From NCBI GenBank assembly GCA_963849325.1, contig CAWKHF010000012.1, positions 544,001 to 608,000 on the forward strand: 64,000 nt of DNA, given 5' to 3'. Below, one piece after another: positions 1 through 12,983 of this stretch; position 1 is the first letter of the stretch; each line of letters opens with the position of its first letter. Origin of the DNA: an uncultured Planctomycetota bacterium (GTDB lineage Bacteria > Planctomycetota > Planctomycetia > Gemmatales > Gemmataceae). A model generated the notes under the pieces. It did no database searches. It was not told the origin of the DNA and saw only the letters and a program-made list of their open reading frames with translations. The position numbers and the translations under genes were made by a program.

Positions 1-355
1 ACAGACCCGTCCGCGCGTACCCGTAAATCAACAGGGCCGTGGCCAGCATCGCTAGGACTGAGGGAAGCCGAACGGCCCACGGTTGCCGCGAACCGCAAAC
101 GACCGTGCTCGCCGCGATCAGCCAGTTTTGCAGCGGTGGGCGACTGAGGAAGGGTTGTCCCTGTTCGCGCGGCACGATCCAGTCGCCGCACTGCAACATC
201 TCGAACGCTACCTGCGCTCGCCGTGATTCCTCGCCGCGCATCGACACGTCGCCGATCCGCACGAAGTACGCCGCGACGACCAGCACGATGACGATGGCGA
301 CTTCCGGCTCGCGCCACCACGGCCGGCGAACCTCCGCTTCCTGCTTGGTATCCAC
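1..355 (-). CDS. ArnT/PMT-family membrane glycosyltransferase, 5' part (runs off window start)
   Basis: Manual minus-strand translation from GTG at 355: MDTKQEAEVRRPWWREPEVAIVIVLVVAAYFVRIGDVSMRGEESRRAQVAFEMLQCGDWIVPREQGQPFLSRPPLQNWLIA. It has the ArnT-type 'E.RR...A.EM...GDW.VP...G.P....PPL..W' pattern. Not in the ORF track because the stop is outside the window. Confidence 0.8.
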   Translation of the reverse strand, partial: MDTKQEAEVRRPWWREPEVAIVIVLVVAAYFVRIGDVSMRGEESRRAQVAFEMLQCGDWIVPREQGQPFLSRPPLQNWLIAASTVVCGSRQPWAVRLPSVLAMLATALLIYGYARTGL

Positions 356-529
356 GGTGTCTTCCGTTAACAGAACCACAAAACGGAATCTGTTCAGGAC
401 ATCGGCAAGAAATGCTCCCCATCTTGGGTAAAAAAGACAGAACAACCGCGAAAACGATGAGAAAAAGGAGCAGCCGGTCTTGTCCCAGCTGCTCCCCGTG
501 CCCCCCTGATGGCCTGTGCGCCGAGAGCG

Positions 530-1069
530 TCACTTGGCCTCTTTTTTCTCTTTTTCCAGTTTGCATATCTTCTGGGCCGTCTCCAGATGCATCTTCAGCA
601 CCGAAAGCGTCTTGCCGGCCCAGGACTTTAACGCTTCATCTTCGCCGTCCTTGGATTCCTTCTCGAAGAGTTTGACCGCTTCCTCGTGGTCCTTCACCAT
701 GCCCTCCATGTAGGCGTGGTCGAAGGCGGGACCGTCCATGGTGGACAGTTTCTCGAATAGTTTCTTGTGCTTCTCGTCCATCGTGTTGGCGGCGATCAGA
801 CCCTTGCTATTGGCCAACCCCAGAAGTTCCCGGTTCGCTCTACCGTGGTCGGCGATCATGCGCCGAGCAAACTGTTTCACCTCGGCACGGTGGCCGCGAG
901 TCACCGCCAGATTGCTGAGGTTGACCTCGGCCATGCCCGCGGCCGACGCCTTCTTCACGAAGTGCTTGTCGCCGCCCTCTTTCTTCTCGTCGGCGGCCGA
1001 AGAGAGGCCTGACCAGACGGCGAGACCCACCAAGACCATCAATCCTGCCGCCATCTTCATCCGGTTCAT
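530..1069 (-). CDS. DUF4142 domain secreted protein
   Basis: Signal peptide followed by 'DKHFVKKASAAGMAEVNLS..A', 'VKQFARRMIADH', 'FDHAYMEGMVKDH' and 'LKMHLETA'. GGAGG RBS precedes ATG 1069. Confidence 0.85.
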   Translation of the reverse strand: MNRMKMAAGLMVLVGLAVWSGLSSAADEKKEGGDKHFVKKASAAGMAEVNLSNLAVTRGHRAEVKQFARRMIADHGRANRELLGLANSKGLIAANTMDEKHKKLFEKLSTMDGPAFDHAYMEGMVKDHEEAVKLFEKESKDGEDEALKSWAGKTLSVLKMHLETAQKICKLEKEKKEAK

Positions 1070-1353
1070 ACTTCCTCCCATTCCCCTTCTTTCGGTTGAC
1101 GCATCCTTCTCCGTCCGGCGACAACCTCACGTTCCCGGCCGCGGACGGCGCTCTCCCGAACTTTCAACCGTGCAACACGGAAGAGCAACGAAATGGTCTC
1201 GGCCAGGTCCGTCTCGGGTTTGCCGACTGCCGAGATCGCAGGACCGAATAGGACTTCCTCAAGAGGCTTCGCTTCCGTTTCGCTCATGTCTCTCTCCAGA
1301 GACGCTCTGTCCTTCCCACCTCTGCATGACTCCTGCGGACGCGCGATATTTGT

Positions 1354-1369
1354 TGCAAATGAAGTGCCG
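1354..1369 (-). promoter_or_regulatory. Putative sigma-54 (-24/-12) promoter for the DUF4142 gene
   Basis: Minus strand reads CGGCACTTCATTTGCA, i.e. GG-N10-GC, close to the TGGCAC-N5-TTGCW consensus. It is intergenic, about 285 bp upstream of the DUF4142 start. Confidence 0.45.
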
Positions 1370-1556
1370 CCTCCAAACGATGCCATCGGGGATCGAGAAC
1401 GTGGACCATGCGTCGACGCGGGAGAACGAAACTGCCATACGGCGAGCACGGCTTTGCGTATCGAATTCCAAACGGATCCCGTGACCTGAACCTCGACTGT
1501 TGGGGACCGGCACAGGGCCGCGTCGCCGAAACACTGAGGCTCAGCGGCGGAGCGGC

Positions 1557-2810
1557 TCAGGGATTCTTGGGCAAGCTCACGATGAACTCGGCATAGCTCC
1601 CTGTCTCGGACTCCACGCGCAACGATCCCTTGTGCATCCGCACAACGATGTCGTAGCTGATCGAAAGTCCCAGGCCGGTGCCGGCGCCGGCGGGCTTCGT
1701 GGTGAAAAAGGGAGTAAAGATCTTCTCGCGCAGATCGAGCGGAACGCCATCGCCGTTGTCCCAAAACCGTATCTCAACGGCGTCGGCCAGGTCGCACGTC
1801 CGCACCACCACGCGCGGCTGAAACGACGAGTCAGCCGTCTGCCGTTTATGGTGCGCGGCGTACAGGGCGTTATCCATGAGGTTAAGGACAACTCGGCTCA
1901 GGTCTTGCGGCGATACCTCTATTAGCGGCAGGTTGCGATCCAACTCGGTCTGGATGGCCACAAAAAACGTGATGTCCCGGCCGCGCATCCCGTGGTAGGC
2001 GAGGTTGACGGACTCGCTCACCAGGGCGTTGAGGTCCGTTCGCTGACGCGGTCCAGGCTGACTGCGGGCGTGCAGGAGCATGGCGCGCACGATGTGATCG
2101 GCGCGCTGGCCGTGCTCCTCGATCTTGGCCACGTTTTGTTCGAGGGCGCTCAGCAACTCCTCTATCTCGCCGCTGCTCCCCAGGGACCCGCGCAGCTCGC
2201 GCACTTGCTCGACGGCCAGCTGAGCGAAATTCGTCACGAAGTTGAGAGGGTTGCGGATTTCGTGGGCGATGCCGGCTGTCAACGCTCCCAGCGACGCCAA
2301 CTTCTCGTGGGCCACCAGGCGATCCTGGGTGGCCTTCAACTGCTGCAAGGCCCGCTCCAACTCCTCGGAACGGCGGCGCTCGGCATCGCGCAGCCGCTTC
2401 TTGTCCAGCCAGGCGTTGATGCGAGCGGTCAGAATGATCGGGTCGAGGGGCTTGGTCAGGTAATCCTCCGCTCCCTCCTCGATGCAACGGACGACGTTGC
2501 CCACTTCGTCCAGGCCCGAGACCATGATGACCGGGATTTCGCGTAACGGAGCATCGGCCTTGATCTCGCGCAGGGCCGTCACGCCGTCCATCTCCGGCAT
2601 CAGGACGTCCAGGAGCACGAGGTCAAAGGGACGTTGGCGCAGCAGCGCCAGCGCCTGCCGGCCATTCTCGGCGGCGGTGACGTCGTGGCCGAGTAGGGTC
2701 AGAAGCTGGGCCAGGGTTTGCCGGCTGGCGACGTGATCGTCGGCGATGAGGATGGAGCCGGCGGGACCGGAGCGCGGCTCCGCGTCGGAGGGTGGGGGAG
2801 GGATGGTCAT
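1557..2810 (-). CDS. Receiver-histidine kinase hybrid (Rec-HisKA-HATPase)
   Basis: Receiver 'ILIADD...DVLMPEMDG...YLTKP'; H-box '[11 protein letters not shown]'; N-box 'NLMDNA'; 'DNGDG', 'PFFTTK', 'GTGLGL'. Confidence 0.95.
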   Translation of the reverse strand: MTIPPPPSDAEPRSGPAGSILIADDHVASRQTLAQLLTLLGHDVTAAENGRQALALLRQRPFDLVLLDVLMPEMDGVTALREIKADAPLREIPVIMVSGLDEVGNVVRCIEEGAEDYLTKPLDPIILTARINAWLDKKRLRDAERRRSEELERALQQLKATQDRLVAHEKLASLGALTAGIAHEIRNPLNFVTNFAQLAVEQVRELRGSLGSSGEIEELLSALEQNVAKIEEHGQRADHIVRAMLLHARSQPGPRQRTDLNALVSESVNLAYHGMRGRDITFFVAIQTELDRNLPLIEVSPQDLSRVVLNLMDNALYAAHHKRQTADSSFQPRVVVRTCDLADAVEIRFWDNGDGVPLDLREKIFTPFFTTKPAGAGTGLGLSISYDIVVRMHKGSLRVESETGSYAEFIVSLPKNP

Positions 2811-3990
2811 GACCCATTTCCCCTCCCGTGCATCGTTGGTCCGCGATAGTGAACGGCCAGGGCGGTAACGTCGTCGGACGGGGCGGCCCCGTCGGTGAAG
2901 TGCTGGACGGCCTGGACGACGTGAGCGATCAACGCTTCGGGTCCGACGCCGGAAGCCTCGCGCAAGACCGCCTGCAAGCGCGGCGCGGAGAACTGTTCCT
3001 GTCGCGGGTTCATGGCCTCGGGGATGCCGTCGGTGTACAGGAAAAGTTGGTCGCCCGGATGGAACCGGACGCTCCGCGTCTCGTAGGCCGCTTCGGGCAG
3101 GACGCCAACTATCAATCCGCCGCCGCCAAGCTCCTCGAGCGCGGCCCCATCGCGCAGCAGCAACGGGGGATTGTGGCCGGCGTTCGTGTAACGCAGTTCG
3201 CCGCCGACCGCGTCGAATACGCCATAGAACAGGGTCACGAATCGCTCGGCCGAGCTATCGCGCAGCAGGAGCCGATTGACTTCTTCCAGACATGGCCCGG
3301 GGGTTGGGTTGCGTCGGGCGCAGGCGCGCAGCAGCGTGCGCGTCACCACCATGAGCAGGGCGGCCGGCATCCCCTTGCCCGACACGTCGCCGATCACAAT
3401 GCCCAGTCGGCCATCCGGCAGGGAGAAATAATCGTAGAAGTCGCCGCCGACGACACGGGCCGGGACCATGGCGGCGTGCAGGACAAAGTCGGCACGCTCG
3501 ACGTCGGTAGTCGTCGTCGGCAGGAAGGAGCGCTGGATGGCAGCGGCGATTTCCAGCTCGCGTTCCAGGGTCATCAGTCGATCGCGGTCGGCGACGGCGT
3601 TGCGCTGGCGGCGCACGTGATCGATCGTCTTTTGCAGCGTCACCTCGAAGTCGTGGAAGTCAATCGGCTTGGTGAGGAAATCGAACGCTCCCCGGTTCAT
3701 GGCCGAACGGATGTTGGCCATGTCGCCGTAGGCGGAAACGACGACGGTGGCCGGCGGGTTCGGCCGTTCGTGCAGCCGGGCCAACAGCGTTAGTCCATCC
3801 ATCACCGGCATATTGATGTCCGTGAGCACGACCTCGATGTTCGGGTCGGCCCGCAATGCCGCTAGCGCCTCCTCGCCATTGCCGCGAACCGAAAGTCGAA
3901 GGCCCCCTCGCGCATCTCGCGGCGAAAGCGCTGGCGGATCAGCAATTCGACATCCGCCTCATCATCGACGATCAGGATGTTGGTCGGCAT
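2807..3990 (-). CDS. Receiver + SpoIIE/PP2C (RsbU/RsbP-like) phosphatase; one frameshift near 3880
   Basis: ATG 3990 gives MPTNILIVDDEADVELLIRQRFRRE, which joins the 2807..3856 ORF ('DINMPVMDG', 'VGGDFYD', 'GDVSGKG', 'NAGHNPP', 'YTDG', 'DDVT'). Confidence 0.9.
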
Positions 3991-4032
3991 GAGCAACCCG
4001 GAATAACTTCGGATGAGCCGGGCCATAACTGT

Positions 4033-4097
4033 GTTTCGCCGCGACGCGCAGCGGAGCGCGAGACTCTCTCGCGCTCCGCTGCGCGTCGCGGCGAAAC
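4033..4097. repeat. REP-like palindrome, family A (GTTT(C/A)GCCGCGACGCGCAGCGGAGCGCG...inverse)
   Basis: Long inverted arms with a short loop. The same arm sequence recurs at 19736, 35745, 41717 and 50623. Confidence 0.9.
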
Positions 4098-4121
4098 GGA
4101 AGTCCTTGCAGCGCCGCGCGC

Positions 4122-5053
4122 TTACCCGCTGACGACGGCAAGTTTCGCCTCAGCCGGAGCCTGAGCGGGGCTTGCTATCTCGGCCTCGGCATGATGGGTC
4201 ATCGCCTGGGGGGAAGTCGCGTCGAGGAAGCGAGCGACCACCGCCGTGATGTTGTCCGAACCCCCCGCCTCGTTCGCCGCGGCAATCAAACGCCGGCACG
4301 TCTCCGCGGCGCTGCCCCCCTCGCGGAGCGGAGCGAGAAGTTGCTCATCGTGCAGCCGCGCCGTCAGCCCGTCGGAGCAAAGCAGCAACGTATCTCCGAC
4401 AGCAAGAGTCGCTTTATAGACTTCCGGGGTCAGGTGGCCCGAGCCGCCGCCCAGGCAACTCCAAAGGACGTGGCTCCAGCGCGAACGCGGCGCTTCCTCA
4501 GGGGCCAACACACCGCGATCGACCAATTGCTGGGCCATCGTCTGGTCTCGGGTGATCTGTTCCAGCTTGGGAGGGCGAAAGAGGTAACCCCGACTGTCGC
4601 CGACGTGGACCACGTACAGCTGCGGCCACAGGATGTAGGCCATGGTCAGCGTCGTCCCCATGCCGCGCCGCTCGGGGCGGGCCGCGGTGGCGGCTTCGAG
4701 GCTCCGCTGACACGCCTCCATCACGCTTTTCAGTTCTTCCTGCAGGTCGTTGTCCGGGTGCGCGTCTCTTGCAGGTGGTAGAACCAGGGCATGGTGTTGA
4801 GGACGTAATGTTCGAGCGCCTGCACGGCGATGGCGCTGGCCTGTTGGCCCGCCGCATGGCCGCCCATGCCGTCGGCCACCAGCAGCAGGGCACCCTGGGA
4901 GCCGCCGAACAGGCGCGTGTGATCGTCCTGGGAGAGGCTGGTTTGATGGACGAGCATGGACCTATTGAGATCGGCAATGAGGAATTGGTCCTCGTTGTTC
5001 TCGCGTACTCGTCCGACGTCCGTCATTCCGAAGCAATCCATCTTACATCGCAT
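4122..5053 (-). CDS. PP2C-family Ser/Thr phosphatase (Stp1/PrpC-like); frameshift near 4770
   Basis: 'TDVGRVRENNEDQF', 'VADGMGGHAAG', 'MGTTLT', 'HVGDSRGY', 'CSDGL', 'GGSDNIT', split over ORFs 4730..5857 and 4122..4724. Confidence 0.9.
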
Positions 5054-5225
5054 GGCAGACCTCCTGTTTCCACGGCAGAGCCGAGAACAGATGAGCAAAC
5101 GCGATGCCGCTCTCGACGCTCGCCGTCCGTGCGCGGCCTTTTCGGCGGCGGAGATAGGCAACGGCCTGGCGATGGAGTAGCATGGGGAGAGTTTTTTCGG
5201 GCCGGGTCGCGGAACGAGAACGATC

Positions 5226-7414
5226 ATGTTCAAGAATACACCGTTCGCGCTGATGAAGTTTGTGGCCAAGGCCGCCCTCAACGTGGCGGGGTTCGGCGTC
5301 GCCGGCGAGTTGGCCGTGGACGTGCTGCCGGAAGTGGCCCGCGACGTGTGGAACTGGTGGGGCAAGGACAAGAAGCCGGACCAGCTTCGGGCCGAGGTCC
5401 GGCAAGTGGCCGAGCTGACACCCGCGGAGGCGCGGCGACAGGCGGAGCAGGTGGTCGCCGAGGAAGCGGCCGAGCAGCCCGAAGCCGTCCGCAAGGCGCT
5501 GACGGCGTATCTCTCCCAGGTGCCCGCCGCCATTCGACAATCGCAGCGCTGTCCCGCCGACCCGAGCGGCCGCACGCTGCTGGGACTGTCGCTGATCCAG
5601 TCCGACGACGTGCTGCAACTTCTGCCGGCCCAGCTGCCGCGCTTCCAGCCCGGCGACCGTCCGCCGGGCATCGGCGATTGGGAACTGGAGGAATTGCTCG
5701 GCGTCGGCGGCTTCGGCGAGGTATGGCGGGCCCGCAATCCGCACCTGACCGAGCCGGTCGCCTTGAAGTTCTGTCTCGATGCCAGGGCGGCGCAATGGCT
5801 GCGACACGAGGCCGCCCTGCTCGGCCGCGTCATGTCCCAGGGCAAGCATCCCGGCATCGTGCCGCTGCTGGATACCTATCTCAATGGCGATCCTCCTTGC
5901 CTTAAATATGAATACGTGGCGGGCGGCGATCTGTCGGGACTGATCGCCCAGTGGCGTCATTCGCCGCCTAGCGATGCCGTCGGCGCGTGTACTCGGCTGA
6001 TGCATGAGTTAGCGGACGTGGTGTCGTTCGCTCACCAGCTCGACCCGCCGATCGTCCACCGCGATCTGAAGCCGGCCAACATCCTGCTCCAGCCGTCCGG
6101 AGACGGCGGTATGCGCGCCCGCGTTGCCGACTTCGGCATCGGCGGCATCGCGGCGCGGCAGGCCCACGAACAGGCGACGCGCGGAGTGACGCGCGGCGCC
6201 TTTCTGGCGACGGCGCTGCGCGGCGCTTGTACGCCGCTGTACGCCTCGCCGCAGCAGCAGCGCGGCGAAGGTCCTGATCCACGCGACGACGTGTACGCCC
6301 TGGGCGTCATCTGGTATCAGATGCTGACCGGCGATTTGTTGACCGGGGCCTCGGCCGATTGGCGCGAGGAGATCGAGGACCGGCGTGTGCCCGAAGACGC
6401 TCTGCGTTTACTGGGCGCCTGCCTGGCCTCGAAGGCGGACAAACGCCCGCTCAACGCCGCCGTGTTGGCCCACGAACTCGCCGGCCTGTGCCATCCCGCC
6501 TCGCAGTCGGAGCCGTCGGCCCGGCCTGCCGCGATCGTGCCTTCACCCGCAACGGCGGCACCATTGATCCCGCGTGTAGTGACATCGAAGCCGAAGCCGA
6601 TCGCGCGACCGAGTTCGGCGCTGCCGCGGCAGATTACCAACATTCTCGGCATGAAATTCGTTCTGATTCCGGCGGGCACGTTCGTCATGGGCTCACCGCC
6701 CGACGAGGCCGGCCGCACCGCCGACGAGGGGCCGCAGCACGAGGTCACCATCACGCGGCCCTTCTACCTCGGCGTCTACCCGGTGACGCAGATGCAGTAT
6801 CAGCTCATCCTGAAGACCAACCCCAGCCACTTCGCCGCAGCGGTCGCGGCAAGGACCAGGTCAAGGACATGGAAACGCGGAACGCTCCCGTCGAGCGCGT
6901 CACCTGGGGCAACGCGGTCGTCTTTTGTCGCAAACTGTCCGAGCGGCCCGAGGAGCAGCACGAGGGCCGCGTCTATCGCCTGCCAACGGAAGCCGAGTGG
7001 GAGTATGCTTGTCGTGCCGACTCGCCGCAGCCGTTCCACCTGGGGCTGTCGCTGTCCTCCACCCTGGCGAACTTCGATGGCAACTATCCCTATGGGGGAG
7101 CGCCGCGCGGGCCGTTTCTGCGGCGAACCACGGTGGTTGGCTCGTACCCGGCCAACGTCTTCGGCCTGCACGATCTACACGGCAATGTCTGGGAGTGGTG
7201 CCAGGATTGGTACGCCGAGCATTATTACCAGGAGAGTCCGGCGGAAGATCCGCCGGGACCGGCCAACGGTGATCGGCGTGTCCTGCGCGGCGGCTGCTGG
7301 AGCAGCCCCGGAAGCAACTGCCGCACCGCCTACCGCGGCAAGCTCGAACCCGGAGACCATCTCTATCGCGTCGGCTTTCGCGTGCTCCTGGAAGTCGGGG
7401 GAGAAAAGAATTAA
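5226..7414 (+). CDS. Ser/Thr protein kinase fused to a C-terminal FGE-sulfatase (SUMF1/FGS) domain; frameshift near 6840
   Basis: Kinase motifs 'LGVGGFGEVW', 'VALK', 'HRDLKPANIL', 'DFG', 'DVYALG'. FGE motifs 'IPAGTFVMGS', 'RLPTEAEWEYACRA', 'GNVWEWC', 'RGGCW', 'GFRV' continue in ORF 6359..7414. Confidence 0.92.
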
Positions 7415-7421
7415 CCTTCTG

Positions 7422-7448
7422 GGCGAACGGCCGGCGTCAGCCGGCTGG
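7422..7448. repeat. REP-like unit GGCGAACGGCCGGCGTCAGCCGGCTGG (family D)
   Basis: Its reverse complement is present at about 8733-8759. Confidence 0.7.
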
Positions 7449-7477
7449 GTAACCGTTCACGGGCCGAAGCGCCAAGT

Positions 7478-8255
7478 CTAACGGGCTTGGATCTTCTCAA
7501 CCAGATGGAGGAACACGTCCACGTTGGGGAACGAGGTCACAGGAACGTCGATCAACGGTTTTTTCTTGCCGGAGACATCGTACCCTGAGCTGGTAATTGA
7601 GTCCCTTGTTGTCCTCAATGGCAACGCTTTGCACCTCACTCCAGGGAGTCAGCTCCCCCTTCGTTTGCAGGCCGTGCCGATCGAGCTTGACATATTTGAA
7701 ATGGACGGCCTGACCCTGGGAGAGATCTGCCTCGCCTTCGCCGATCAGTCTACGAACCACTTGGTCCTTGACGGCCCGAGAAATGGTCGCGGGATCCTTG
7801 AAGATCACATCAATGGACGCCTTTTTTCCGTTCCTGAGTCGGAAGTAAATCTGGTGCCCGGTCGAGACGCCGTTGATGATGACATTCTTTTCGTAGTACT
7901 CGGAAATGGCCTGCCAGGGGATCCAGCGCGAGGATCTCCGCTTGCGAATCAGAATGCCGTTTTGACAAAGAAGCAAGCGCCAGCGCCGTGCCGATAACGC
8001 CAGGATCCAGCCCACCAGAAAGGGCGTGGCCAGGCCAAGCAGCAGCACGGTTCCGACGATGATAGCGGTGAAGCGGACGCCGCGGAAATCCCAGTCCCAC
8101 TTCGTCAACATGGCAATCCAGGGAACGACGAAAAAGGCGGCTACCACGGGCATGAGCACGAGTAGCATTTTGTGCGTGCCCGAGCCTGTTTCAAATTCGG
8201 CCAGCGTGTTACCGGTTTCAGAGATTGGCGGCGTCGTGCTGTCGGCTGTGCCCAT
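7478..8255 (-). CDS. Two-TM membrane protein, DUF6585-like; frameshift near 7570
   Basis: Two hydrophobic helices followed by a PH-like beta region. The alternative-frame C-terminus KKPLIDVPVTSFPNVDVFLHLVEKIQAR* ends at TAG 7478-7480. GC is visibly lower than in the flanks. Confidence 0.6.
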
Positions 8256-8403
8256 GAATCACCTCAATAGCATAAGGCCACAATCCAAGTATTCGTTCAT
8301 GATCCCTTTTAAAGTCACGCGGCAAGAGCGGCTGTTGGAGCGTTCAACAGAGACGGAACGGCGCACCTTTGGGCGACAGCGGCGACGCATTCCGTTAGGT
8401 AAC

Positions 8404-8537
8404 TACTAACCGTTGCATAAAGAACTAAACCCACATTCGGGAGACGGAAACGAGAAAAGCCTTGAATGCCGGGAAAACGGCCTTCCCGATAACTCAGGGC
8501 GTTTTTGTCCGTTCAATTCTTTTTGCAACGGTTAGTA
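8404..8537. mobile_element. MITE-like element with ~27-bp terminal inverted repeats, TA at both ends
   Basis: TACTAACCGTTGCATAAAGAACTAAAC (8404-8430) versus GTTCAATTCTTTTTGCAACGGTTAGTA (8511-8537): inverted with 3 mismatches. No coding capacity inside. Confidence 0.65.
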
Positions 8538-8699
8538 ATGGCGCTCACAGACTTCATGGGCTGACCACCTAACGACGAAGTTCAGCGGCCGACGGGGCCG
8601 GCCGGCCTCTCGCCCGGTCTGGTCATTCTATGGTTCGGGCACGCCCGGACCTTCTTTTGGGCCTTCCTTATGTCTGTACGCCTGTCGCTCCCCCCGGCC

Positions 8700-8760
8700 G
8701 GTGAACGGTTACGCCGGCTGGTATGGGCCGCACCAGCCGGCTGACGCCGGCCGTTCGCCA
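8700..8760. repeat. REP-like palindrome (family D) just downstream of the NRPS stop
   Basis: GGTGAACGGTTACGCCGGCTGG...CCAGCCGGCTGACGCCGGCCGTTCGCC; the right arm is the inverse of 7422-7448. Confidence 0.65.
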
Positions 8761-8765
8761 TTCGA

Positions 8766-12979
<4,214 letters not shown>

Positions 12980-12983
<4 letters not shown>

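Noticed and set aside
1066-1556. ORFs in the DUF4142 / histidine-kinase intergenic region
   Set aside because: No recognisable motifs and atypical composition; better explained as a promoter region.
6640-7414. FGE/C-type-lectin-fold C-terminus as a diversity-generating retroelement target
   Set aside because: I found no second copy (template repeat) of the 3' region and no reverse transcriptase in the window.
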